NCBI GenBank assembly: GCA_963693365.1
Contig: CAVNZM010000011.1
Span: 1,968,989-2,032,988 of the forward strand
Reading direction: 5' to 3'
DNA length: 64,000 nucleotides
DNA from: Amoebidium appalachense
Lineage: Eukaryota > Protista > Ichthyosporea
Under the pieces are notes generated by a model that saw only the letters and a list, made by a program, of their open reading frames with translations, searched no databases and was not told the origin of the DNA. This document shows, piece after piece, positions 48,150 to 60,346 of this stretch (its first letter is position 1; each line of letters begins with the position of its first letter). Both the position numbers and the translations under genes were made by a program.

Positions 48150-49400
48150 CGTGAGTTTGTAAGCCTGGCTTAATGCTATAGTTTCTGGTGTTTTTTGTGT
48201 GCTATGATGTCCTCCCCACACAATGACGCCTCACTCGAAGACCAGAACCATGGATTGTACATCTTCATCCACAGATGAATGAGGATCCCCCACACATTGT
48301 ACGTGGGTGCGCATGTCATCTTTCGCTGGTATGGGTTTACAAAGCAGGGTGGTTACTGGCTTCGGTTGGTTTCGGGTGCCCAACGCCCCCCCACACATAA
48401 ACATGCTTCTGGGGAAGACTTATTTTTTTGAAATTTGGCAATTTTTCGTGGATGAATGGGTCACCGTCACCTTATGTACTTCACTGCGCATGGCCACTCT
48501 TTGCTGTGTAGGTAGGCAAGCCTGGCTTAATGCTACTATTTTATGTGTTTTTCGTGTGCTCAAATGTACTGTTAGCACAAAGACACCTCGCTCGAAGGCC
48601 ACCTGCGTGGAATGTAGAACTTCGTCCACAGATGAGTGAGATCATCTTCTGATGTACACGGTGCGCATGTTATGTTTTACTGGTGTGGGTGTAGGCAACC
48701 CTGGCTTAATGCTATAATTTTAGGTGTTTTTCGTGTGCTCAAAAGTCCTGGCAACACAAAGACACCTCGCTCGAAGGCCACATGCGTGGAATGTAGATCT
48801 TCGTCCACAGTTGAGTGAGATCACCATTTCATGTGCACGGGTGCGCATTTTATGATTGATTAATGTTGGTGTAGGCAAGCCTCGCTTAATGCTACTGTTT
48901 CGTGTGTTTTTCGTGTGCTCAAAAGTCCTGGCAACACAAAGACACCTCGCTCGAAGGCCACATGCGTGGAATGTAGATCTTCGTCCACAGTTGAGTGAGA
49001 TCACCATTTCATGTGCACGGGTGCGCATTTTATGATTGATTAATGTTGGTGTAGGCAAGCCTCGCTTCATGCTACTGTTTTGTGTGTTTTTCGTGTGCTC
49101 AAAAGACCTGGCAGCACAAAGACACCACGCTCGAAGACCACATGCGTGGGATGTAGATCTTCGTCCACACATGAGTGAGATCACTTCATATGTACACGGG
49201 TGCGCATGTTATAATTTCAACGGTTGGTGCATGCAGGCAAGCCCAGCTCAATGTTACTATTTTAGGTGTTTTTCGTGTGCTCAGATGTCCTGTCAGCACA
49301 AAGACACTTCGCTCGAAGGTCACATGCGTGGACTATACATCTTCGTCTGGCACTTTGAGTGAGATCACCAGTTCATGGACATGGGCGCGTTTGTTATGTT
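48150..49400. repeat. 180-bp tandem repeat array inside the Kolobok-type element (~6 units, central ones near-identical)
   Basis: GTGTTTTTCGTGTGCTCAAA recurs at ~48544, 48724, 48904, 49084 and 49265, with a degenerate unit near 48190. Confidence 0.92.
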
Positions 49401-49427
49401 TCATGCACTGGTGTTGATATTCGTTTC

Positions 49428-49471
<44 letters not shown>

Positions 49472-50068
49472 CCCCCCCCCTCCCCCCTCCCTCCCTCCCC
49501 CCGCACTACCTACCAAAGACACTCCTGTGGAAAACTGTGTGTTGTGTGGGCTTGTGTTGTTCTGCTTGTGTAGCTCGACTGGCAGTAAGCTCTGTGAAAG
49601 CTCACGTGCACCATAGCCAATATTTTTATTATTATAATGTATACATAATACCAAAAAAGGTCAAAAATTGGGGGGGGGGGGGTTCCAACAAACACAACAC
49701 ATATTTATCGCTATCAACGATTGTTTGAATGATTAGACAAACATACAAAACCTTTTATCATTCAGCCCAATCACATTCCTTTCGTAAACTGTTGATGCAT
49801 ATACATGTGCAACTTTCACATACTTGTGTCTACCACCGGTCTCACTCTGTAAAGCCTCATCTGACCCCCCCTGTATTTCTGCTGCATCTTTGCTATCAGG
49901 CAATGTTACAAAACAGGCGGTTTTCAGGCGGTTACAGGCGGTTTTCGCCTGTTCCTGCTGAACTTCTATCCCGGCTATCTTTGCAGAATAGCGCCGTGCA
50001 CGTGAGCGATGCCTTTCCTTCTCCCGTCTATTGGCTTCTAGCCTTTCCTGCACGTACTGCAGCTGGAG

Positions 50069-50908
50069 TCAGAGGGCCGAAAGTTGTATCTCATAGGTTT
50101 CAATTTGCTCGTTAATGTCGGCCATAGACGTGACCAGTTCGGGGTTTACAGTGTCTTGTTGGTCGGCTGCTGCATGGTTTCCCGTCTTCGGTACACCAAC
50201 AGTGGGCACCTGTAAAACCGGTTGCGTGGTGCCTGGTGAAGCCGTACTGGCTGTGTCTCCTGTGTTTGCCGCATCCCCCGTATCCGTATTACTGTCGAAA
50301 AGGTCGAAGCCTGTCATAAAATCACTCTGTTCATGTACGCTGCCCTCCCTACTAAGGTCCCCTTCTGCGCACGGAAAAAAAGGTGAATGTTGTTCGGGTG
50401 TGTGCACACTTTGGGGATCCACGTCCATGAACTCCTTTCGAAGGCTGCGAAAGATGCTACTATCGTCGTTTGTGTTAGTTTCGTTCACAAGGCCCTCTGA
50501 ACATCGCGTTTGTTTGGCCACTTTGCCGCTGGGTGTGTGGTGTCGCAGGCGGTTTGGTTCGATAGTGCTAAAGCTTTCGTTGGAAGGGTCTGTGTTGGCA
50601 ACGTCCGGAGGTGGTCGCTTTTTTGGTGTGCTAGGGCCATCCTGCAGCTCCACGTTTCCGAGTTCGACACTCCCGGTTGCGACACTAGACGCCGGTAACT
50701 CGCCAACCACTCCAGACGGTCCACTTTGCTTTGTGACCGTATTCCTCCAATTCATATAGCATAGGTTGCATAGTTTTCCCTCCTTGGGATGATTGGATGC
50801 CGTAGTACCAAAGAAAAACACCAAAGCGTTGATATCTTTAGGCAAGTTATAATTTCTCCTGTTCTCACGAATTCCTGCCTTACATACTGCACACTTTTCA
50901 CGCGCCAT
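50069..50908 (-). CDS. Transposon-borne 279-aa ORF with N-terminal CxxC...CxxC zinc-finger-like motif; probably once continued into 49733-50053
   Basis: MAREKCAVCK...KLCNLCYMNWR followed by a low-complexity linker. Intronless, microsatellite-free and inside the TIRs. No DDE domain recognised. Confidence 0.6.
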   Translation of the reverse strand: MAREKCAVCKAGIRENRRNYNLPKDINALVFFFGTTASNHPKEGKLCNLCYMNWRNTVTKQSGPSGVVGELPASSVATGSVELGNVELQDGPSTPKKRPPPDVANTDPSNESFSTIEPNRLRHHTPSGKVAKQTRCSEGLVNETNTNDDSSIFRSLRKEFMDVDPQSVHTPEQHSPFFPCAEGDLSREGSVHEQSDFMTGFDLFDSNTDTGDAANTGDTASTASPGTTQPVLQVPTVGVPKTGNHAAADQQDTVNPELVTSMADINEQIETYEIQLSAL

Positions 50909-51006
50909 CCTTCAGAAAGCGTCCACGTGTCAGGAGCGTATTCATTTCCTGGCTATCCCGTTTTCAAATCACTAATTGCACAACTATACTATGTAACAAC
51001 AACGAA

Positions 51007-51066
51007 TTAGAAACAGAACGACCCATTAGAAACAGAACGACCCGAACTAGAAACAGAACGACACAG
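51007..51066. repeat. Three ~20-bp subterminal direct repeats of the Kolobok-type element
   Basis: TAGAAACAGAACGAC occurs three times, ~200 bp from the right TIR. Confidence 0.85.
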
Positions 51067-53014
51067 ATTATCTAAGGTTGAATAGGTTGAATATTCGAAT
51101 ACAATTGCAACTGCCCGACTGAGGTCCACTTGGCCGGCTCACTTCCGGGGTTGCAATGATTGCGACCAGAATAATTGCGCAAACACATGATGTGGCTCAG
51201 AGATGTAGCCATGGTCGAAGCGGATAGGGCCAGTCGGGCGGAGGCCGAATCCAGCCTTAAGTCGCGACTTCCAGTCAATTCAAGTCTGGGCCTCCGGCAG
51301 TGTCCACGCAATAAAAAGTGTGTAAACCCAAGTCAACAACCTCTACAATCAATTATAATTGTAAGTCAATTCAATTCACCGAGGGTCCGCCACGTCCCTG
51401 CCTGCGGGGCTTCTTTGCCCATGCGCTGCCTTGCGCTGCCTGCCTGCACATTCCCAGACTCACTTGAGTCATTCTGACACAAAGATGTTTACACAAGCAT
51501 GCAGGATAAGACTGCAACAGACCCTAATTCCGGTGACCTTGATGTGCATAGCCTTAAGTTGGTGCGTGCATGTATATATGGAAGTGCAGGATCATGACGG
51601 CTGAGGAGTTCGCTCTTCTTTGTCGATCGTTACATCTTTAACACTTTAGATGTCCTCGTGCGATACTCTTAATGACTCGTGCAAGACTCCTACTGACTCG
51701 TTTTTAAGTATTCCAGCAGAGAGCTGCTTCCTGGGTGTCCTGAACAGTTCAAGTGTCTGTTAAGCATTCAATGAACCATGACTGTGAGGGCCTGCAATAT
51801 AATGCTTGGCGATGGGTTCCTGTGTTGTGTTCACTCTGTCTACGTGCACCATCCCTCCGTTACCTGTCCCGCAGCCGCTTCATGTGCGACTGGATCATTC
51901 TTCGACTGTAAGACATTGAAGAGAGATTTAAAAGATAGATATGTTACTAATACCAGTAACTTGGAGACTTTCAGGAACCTTGCTTCGGCGGCTTTCCCAC
52001 CTACTTGTATGCTCAATTCATGACACCGTTTCATGTGGCTGAACGGTTGGGCAGCATAAGAAATGAGGGAGGATGCCAGAGGAAAGCCAAGAAGCCGGTG
52101 TGTGCGTGTGTGTGCAGGGGGAGGGGGGAGGAGGGGGGGGGGGAGGGGAGGGAGGGAGGGAGGGAGGGAGGGAGGCAGAGATGAGGAGGATGGCTCCTAC
52201 AGGGTATGTGTTTTTCTTACTATAGATCTCAACACGTCCACTGTGACACGAGGCACTTTGATATATATCGCTACCACTAATTAAAGATCTGCGAATGCAG
52301 TGCAGTAGTCTATGATGTTAATCCCATGTCTTGAAGTCCGTAAAGATGCACACATAATCCTGCAGCTGCTGTTACAGTACCGGTGGGCCTTAGATGCTGC
52401 CCGCATATTCTTGTGTTTGCAAGTCACCATGCCCACCGTGAGACGGCGCCAAAGGGTGCTATCTACATAATCACTTGAGGCAAAGAGGGGGCCCTGCGTC
52501 GTCACGAGGCGAAGCGGCTGAGCAAGCTTCTTGAATTCACCGTTCTCACTTCTAATTGGGCAAAAAGTGGGGCCTAAAATCGGGGCCAAATACTAATATA
52601 CAGCCTCTCAAAGCGAGTTTATGTTCGATTTCACGTAAGAAATGAGGTTTTTACCCTTTAAGTCAAGTTGTAGGGAATAAAAAGACGCGCAAAGTTAATA
52701 TAGGCGGTCTGCGGTGTCCGACGCCTCCTTCAACGTCAAAATCAGCTAAAACCAGCCAAAACCGCCTCCGACTACAGTAGGGCCAGCCTGACTGCCGACT
52801 GACTTTGCGACGCGTACATGTGTCTCGCTCATAGTAAAAGATGTGTTTTTGCCTGTTTTGACCTCAAAAAACGCGCCGGATACCCTATGTTGCTTATACA
52901 GGGAATGTGTGTCGCTTTATTTTCTATACTTTTAATAAAAGCACCAAAGCCTGTTTTCTATTTGCACTATGACCTGCATAGAACGGCTAGGCCCCACTTT
53001 TGAGCCGCCAAAAT

Positions 53015-55648
53015 CACGGCCATCTAGAGACTCAGGCCGTCCGTCGCCATCAAGATTCCCGGGATAATGACAATCGAACCAAAAAAGGCTATTCTGCATT
53101 CCACAGGGGGGTACGGTCTACTTTTCCTACGTGCGACGATTATGTAATCGCGACGTGGTTCCGATGCTAACGATTCGGGTCAACTTCTGGTTCATCTAGA
53201 CTGATAACTAATAGTAGAAGATCCACATATGGGTCAGATCCGGGTCTGTTGATGACCCGACGGGCTATTCGCGGACACATATGTAACACGGAACGTCACT
53301 GAACTACCACGTTTTTTTTAGTGTTGGCACACTAAGAAAGGCATAACTTGGTCGAAGAGCTGTAGAACGGCGCGTTCAAGGCACGCGGGGATAACAACCG
53401 AGCCCAGGCTGCGCAGTCTGCAACCTTCATCGCTACTGAATGCAGCAGCTATTCGGTGGTGAGTGCTTTCTGTGAGTGCTTCCGTTGTTTCTTTCTGCCT
53501 CTTACTGACAGCTTGACACAGAGCAACACGTTTTAGATGCAAGTAGAATCTTAGGCACTCTTTTTTCTTTTTTGCCGTTGTAAACAGAAGTCTTTTTGGT
53601 TACAAACGTATCGGTGTTCATCGTGTACCATTCTCCCCAAAGCTACGATCAACCCGTGTTCAACCCGTTGTTTACTGTTGTTAACGTTTGAGTTGTCAAG
53701 CACCCACCTAAAGGTACAACTTCTGCTGCTAAACCCACCTACTCTACTTGTTTTACTCTGCTTTTCTCTCAATCCAAATTGAAGACGCAAAGAAAATGTA
53801 GCCCGAATCTATGCAAATGGTATGTAATATTACCTACGTGTACATTGTGCCCTAATAACCACATGCTCACGTGTGTGTGTGTGTGTGTGTCTGTGTCTGT
53901 GTGTGTGCGTGTGTATGCGTGGGCGTAAGTGTGTGCTTGGCTTGAGTACACTGAGTTGTGTGGGTGTTGCTAACACAAGAACCCCTATACTTCGAACTAC
54001 TAAGTCTGCAAACTATAGGCTATCCCTATTCACAACACACTGCCATATGACTGTGGCTATTGACCGTGGCTATTGACAGGTTGCTATTGAGGAAACAATA
54101 GAGCTGATGTAGGAAAGTTCGTATATTTGCTAACACTGAACTATATACATTCATCACACTAGCACTGAACTATATACTTTCATCACACGTTCAACTTACC
54201 CTGTGCATGATAACGTTCTCCTTACGTACCATCTGATCTAACTGTGCAGGTTTGGGGTGGCCGGTTTGGTTTGTTGGTTTCCCGCCTTTCCCCTCCTTTT
54301 CCGCTTTCTTTTTCTGTTTCAGCAGCGCCTCCAACCGCAGTCTGTAGTTTTCGTTCTTTACGAAGTTGTTGAGTGTCACAATGGCCATGCGTGCACACAC
54401 TTCCTCGATGTACACCTTACGTTCAATCCCACATTCGGTGGAAGGGAACGCCGGCAGGGGTCCTGTGGGCCGACCAGCCCGGGTGGTACTGGACGATTTG
54501 GCAAACACGATCAATAAAGACAGGGTCCGGTAGCTTAGTGTGGTCCGCAAGCTCGCGTGCTCTTTCCTGCTCAAGTGCAGCTTGCTTGGTGCGCTCTGCT
54601 GCTTCCCGCTCATTTAACTTGCGCAAGCGCTTTTGTTGTGCAGCCAACTTGCGCTCTTCATTCTCCGCCCGAACCCGTTGCTTCTCCTCTTCCTCCGCTT
54701 TCTTGCGCTCTGCCGTTTCCTCCTCTTCCCTCCTCGCTTCTCTTTTGAATGCTGCAGTACGAATCACCAATTTTGTCGCCGGGAGAACAATGGTTTTTGC
54801 GGGGTCATGTGGGTCACAGAAGATGAGGGGGGCGATGGCAGGGTAGGACTTGGGTCCCTTGCGAACGTAACTTGCTTAACGGGCTGCGGGTGTCTGTCAT
54901 TTGTAGCACCTATTGGGAGGTAGTCTTCATGAAGGAAATGCTTAACGCAAACGTAAGGCCTACCGTCTTTGTAAATTTGTTTGAAGTGTTCAACACCATC
55001 CCAGGTGGTCCCTGCTTTGCTGCAGTTGTTATACCACAGCTCCCATAACTCAGGCTCCTTATCGGGATTTGGAAACCTAAAGGTAGAAACAGTTCCCTTA
55101 GGGTTTATCTTTCCCTGTGGGTCTCTGTTCTCCTTGCCCCTATTCTTGCGGACTTCGCTAGCATAGTTACTCTTGCAGTTGTACACAAAACATGGGTTGC
55201 CCATCTTTGGGTTGGTAAGGAAGAAAATGAAAAGCCGAAAGAAGTATTGCAAAGAGCGGGCGAGGTGGGCCTTAAGCCCACCACGTGTGAAATGTAAAGC
55301 TGGGCTGTATTCGATGATACTGTCCCGTCAACACGCCGCCCTCACCTGCTCCCCGTTGCCGTGAACTGCAACGGCGCAGGCCACACAGACCGGCGATTGA
55401 CCGCCCCTCTGTAATCGGCTGTTTCGTTTATAGATCCAATCAGATGCCTGGAATCGTCTATTTGAGAATTTAAATAATTTTACTCCCTTCCGTAATCACG
55501 TTGCTGCCAAAGCCGGATAAATCTAAGGGGATAGTTTTTCCCGCCAAAAAATAGACCGTACCTTCCGCTAGACTCAAATCTTGCGCAAGCTAATGAGACA
55601 ATTCCGATTACGTCACTGACGGACGGCCTTAGTCTCTAGATGGCCGTG
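53015..55648 (-). mobile_element. P-superfamily DNA transposon, internally deleted (2634 bp)
   Basis: 31-bp TIRs CACGGCCATCTAGAGACT(C/A)AGGCCGTCCGTC at 53015-53045 and 55618-55648 (1 mismatch). Exact 8-bp TSD GCCAAAAT at 53007-53014 and 55649-55656. THAP-domain ORF inside. Confidence 0.93.
54191..55204 (-). pseudogene. Truncated, frame-disrupted P-type transposase: THAP domain, charged coiled coil and probable C-terminal remnant
   Basis: MGNPCFVYNC...FRFP...LW...VCVKHF (C2CH THAP). Then an E/K/R-rich helix in a second frame (54423-54770), then ..VTLNNFVKNEN.. in a third. No catalytic core in the ~1 kb. Confidence 0.8.
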
Positions 55649-56526
55649 GCCAAAATCAATATTAGGGGGATCTAATATCGGTGAATTCTGCGCGCTGGAC
55701 ATTTTGTGCATTAGTCTAATAACGATTAAATTAATATTTTTGACGTCAATATCAGTTTTGAAAATCACAAAAGAAGGCACACCTATTGGTGACATTTAGA
55801 CTATCCTGACGTAAATCTTGCGCAAGATCAGCTTAATTCCCCTAAACTTTCGTCCGCTAGATCACTGTATGTGTTGGCGGCGGGGAAGCCGCTACTGTAG
55901 CTAGTCTACATGTTGAGAAAGGGAGGGAGGACTTGGAGAAGGCAGACTTTACAGAGAGAGGCTGTCATAATATTTACAGTGTACCTAAAAAAGGTAGTGA
56001 GTAGACGTTCTTAGTTAATTCAGGGCACCCAAAACACAAAATACATCTCACGAGCAGAACGGGTGCACGGCTGTTGGCTTCCGTTTCAAAATTGCAGCTG
56101 GAATTTGAGCACCACGGCACTTCGTGAATAGGATTTGGTGTCAGGCCATATACCCCACCCCATCATCCTCCCTATCACAACGTTTGTTGCGGGGTCAAAG
56201 TACCCTGTCATCATACACCTCGCACTAGCGGTTGCCTTTGTAGGCACAATAGGTTTAGTGATAGGGGGTTATACAGCAGCAGGTGCGGCTGCGCGCAGCC
56301 GCCGGGCAGGGTAGCAACATGAGAAACCCGGCAAGAAGGCACTGAAGTATAGGTGGGTGATGAATGCGCGGGACTATGCTTGTGGTGTGGGCGCATGTAT
56401 GTGTGTTTGTGCACGTGCGCGTACAGCTATGTGTGTACACGTGCACATCTCTCCCTCTATTTCAGTTTGTGCGGTGTCGGTGTGCTCTTGCTTGTGTGCG
56501 TGAATGCACACGTGCGATTTTGTGTT

Positions 56527-56607
<81 letters not shown>

Positions 56608-57005
56608 CATCTCTCCCTTCTCTATGTGTGTGTGTGCTTCCGTGTGTGTGCTCAGAGCCGTGTGTGCCTGCTCTACCTGCTCTACCGCGCCATTCACGCA
56701 TGTGCCTGTAAGTGTGTATGGGTGTGCCTATGGTTTTTTTTTTGTAGTTTTTTTTGGTCTTCTTTTTTGAGTTTATGCGTACGTTTGTGTGCATGTTTGT
56801 GCCTCCTGTTTGCTTTGCGTAAGATTCAAAATTCTGGTCGTGAGCACTCGACATAGGACTGTTGTGTCTGTGTTCAACTGCCCATTTGTCCATGCGACGT
56901 GTGTGTGTGTGCGTGTGCCACTCGTAGGTGTGTCTTGTGGTGTGTGTGTGTGTGTGTATGTGTATGTGCATACACTTGTGCACCTGGCACGGTATGTGTG
57001 CTTGA

Positions 57006-57051
<46 letters not shown>

Positions 57052-57412
57052 TGTGTATGCGGGTGTGTGCACGTCCGTGTATCCATGCCCATCATGCTGG
57101 TGGTCATTATTCAATTGTTCCTGGCGTCTCCATTTTCCCCACAGCCCCGCTCCTTCCTTCTGTGTCCATTGTTTCCCCTCCGTTTCCCTTCTTCTCCTGA
57201 GTGTTTTTCTTTCGTTTGACATTGTGGGCTATGGGGGCTTATCGTTGTAATCGGTTACCCTGCAAGTGAATGTGTCTTTGACCGGGCACGAAGGTGTATG
57301 TATGCTTAAAGAAAGTGTGTATGTGTGTGTATTTGGAGGGGGGGGGGGGGGGTGGAAGGGGGGAGTGGGGGGTAGGGGGGAGATGCGAGAGAGAGAGAGA
57401 GAGAGAGAGAGT

Positions 57413-57443
<31 letters not shown>

Positions 57444-57663
57444 GGGGGGGGGGTTGGCAGTCATGATCGAAGGGCTGTGCAGTCTAGAGTTGTTGTTGCT
57501 TCTGGCACTTCGATGGGTGGTTGAGCGCGGATGCATGTTTGACAGCGGGCATTTCGGTCACGGCCAGGACACAAATGCAAGACACATGCCTACCACAGTG
57601 TTGCACACATTCGATTCGTGCACGGGCACACACGTATGCACGCGCACACACACACACACACAG

Positions 57664-57701
<38 letters not shown>

Positions 57702-58147
57702 CGGCCCCCTGCTTCCCCTTCTTTGCCGTTCTTGTTGTGTGTGCGTAGGTGTCTTCTCTCCCACCTTTTCTTTCGTTTCTTTGCCTTTTGCTTTAATTTT
57801 CTTTCCCCCCTTTTTTTTTTAGATTGGAGGGGGTAGGGTATGGGGGAATTACACGAACAGCTCCCATATCTGTCTTGTGAACTGTGGGCCGGGTCTGTTG
57901 TCTGGATGGTCGTTACTCTTCTCCCCCCCCCCCCCCCCCTCTTCCCCGCAGGCCGCCCTGTCCTGCCCCGCCCCACACCACATACACACTCTCACACAAC
58001 AAACAAAAAATCGTATAAAACAAGGGTAAATTGTGGGCTGCAGATACGGGGTTGCTCACTATCTCTCTCTTGTGGCACAGGACGTGCGAAAATCTTTGGG
58101 GGGGGCCCTAAGTGGGCAGCCCCCTGTTTGGGGGGGTGCATTGCGAC

Positions 58148-58660
58148 ATGAGCTGTCTGGGCGGGATATGCGCCAGCGGGGAAAGCAGGCAGGGCAGGCA
58201 GCGGGACCGCCAGATCAACCGGGAGCTCAAAAAGTACCGCAAGAAGTTCGAGAATGAGCTCAAGCTGCTCCTGCTCGGTGCGTTTTATTTTTATTTCTAT
58301 TTTTATTTATTCATTTATTTTAAATGTACCGCAAGAAGTTTGAGAATGAGCTCAAGCTGCTCCTGCTCGGTGCGTTTTATTTTTATTTTTATTTTTTATT
58401 TATTCATTTAGAAAGTACTGCAAGAAGTTCGAGAATGAGCTCAAGCTGCTCCTGCTAGGTGCGTTTAATTTTTAACTTTTATTTAGTTTGTATTTTTTAT
58501 TTAAAAAGTACCGCAAGAGGTTCGAGAATGAGCTAAAGCCACCCCCCCCTCCCCCCTTTTTCCTGCGCAGATGCCCTTTCTTCTTTCAAGACCTCAATTT
58601 CTCCTCTTGAGTTCTTTGCTTTTTCTTCACCCCAACAACCATCATTTGCCTCCCAAACTT

Positions 58661-58697
<37 letters not shown>

Positions 58698-58709
58698 CCC
58701 CCAACACAT

Positions 58710-58765
<56 letters not shown>

Positions 58766-58910
58766 CACCCCCCTTTTTTTCCAAGCATCACCCCGTATCT
58801 CCCAAGTAAGAAAAGGGTCTCATCCGCAGACGGCCGCTTAGGGCATCTATCCTATTCATCACCACCCTCTTTCCCTAAGCCCTACTCCTCCCCTCCCCCC
58901 ATCTTCAACA

Positions 58911-59002
<92 letters not shown>

Positions 59003-59032
59003 CCGCGCGCGGTCACAGACAGACACAGGCAC

Positions 59033-59072
<40 letters not shown>

Positions 59073-59110
59073 CGCGCGCGCGGTCAAAGACAGACACAGG
59101 CACGCACACG

Positions 59111-59162
<52 letters not shown>

Positions 59163-59379
59163 CGCGCGCGCCGTCACAGACAGACACAGGCACGCACGCA
59201 CACATGCACACACACATACCACCCACACTCACGGTCACACTTGCACACAAATGTATGCACATGCACACAAGGACATACTCTTGCACACACGCCCCCCCCC
59301 CCACACACACACACACGCACATACACACACAGACTCGTGTACACACACGCACACCACATACACCTGACACGCACACACA

Positions 59380-59445
<66 letters not shown>

Positions 59446-60031
59446 TCTCTCACACACAACTCACACATAGTCATGCGCACTACACACACACACACGGTGC
59501 TCGCGCGGCCGCGCTCACACACAAACTCACACTCAAACACAACTTTACACTTACACGCACGGTTGCACACACGCGCACGCACGCACACGCACGCACGCAC
59601 GTACGCGTGCACGCTCATACACATACACAAGCACGCAAGCACACACACCCTTACACACACACACACATCACACACACACACACACACAGGGGCGGGGGAG
59701 AGTGGCAAGAGCACGATAGTCAAGCAGATGCGCATCATCCACTCGACCGGGTTCAGCACCAAGGAGCGGGAGCAGATGCGCAGGCCCATATATGGCAATA
59801 TCGCCAACAGCATCCGGGCCATGGTGGAGTTCATGGACAGATCAAGCATCCCGCTCTCGGACCCCGAGCTGGCAAAGGTGGGTTCGTGTGCTTGTGCGTT
59901 TCTGCGTGCTTGCATGCGTGTGTGCTGCGTTTTTTTTCACACAGGTTCTGGTGTTTCGCGTGGTGTCGGAAGGAAAATGTTTTCTTTCTTTTTTCTGGGT
60001 GGTGTGGGTTGGGAGGTAGGGGGTGGGGGAA

Positions 60032-60086
<55 letters not shown>

Positions 60087-60305
60087 CTGTTCATGTGTTC
60101 CAAGAAACGTGCCAAGGTGGCTTCTTGCTACCTGCGTGGTCAAAATGCTAAACCTTGCCTCCTCCCCCCCCCCTCCCCCCCCCCCAAGCACACACACACA
60201 AGCACACACAATCTCTTCTCTCCCTCCTCCCCCTTCCCCCTTCCTCCCCCTCCCCCCCCAAAAGCACATTCTCTCTTTTTCTCCCTCTCTCTCTCTCTCT
60301 CTCTC

Positions 60306-60346
<41 letters not shown>

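Larger units (their letters stand above)
47792..51256 (-). mobile_element. Kolobok-type DNA transposon, probably non-autonomous (3465 bp)
   Basis: TTAA TSD at 47788-47791 and 51257-51260. TIRs GGCTGGATTCGGTCCCCGCCCG / CGGGCGGAGGCCGAATCCAGCC (22 bp, 2 mismatches). RR..YY termini with a TTAA TSD fit Kolobok rather than piggyBac (CC..GG). Confidence 0.8.
47529..51400. mobile_element. hAT-like MITE (~400 bp of its own sequence) interrupted by the Kolobok-type element
   Basis: Termini CAGGGATGTGG (47529) and CCACGTCCCTG (ends 51400). Many subterminal GACTT/AAGTCA motifs lie on both sides of the nested insertion. Flanks TTCGCGGG and CCTGCGGG form a degenerate 8-bp TSD (5/8). Confidence 0.65.

Noticed and set aside
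48150-49400. Regularly spaced repeats as a CRISPR array
   Set aside because: Whole 180-bp units repeat with no unique spacers, there are no cas genes, and the context is eukaryotic.
47788-51260. piggyBac assignment for the TTAA-flanked element
   Set aside because: Its termini are GG...CC rather than the CC...GG typical of piggyBac.
51480-52560. Unique-looking sequence between the transposons as a gene or retroelement fragment
   Set aside because: Only short ORFs with no recognisable motif or consistent splice pattern.
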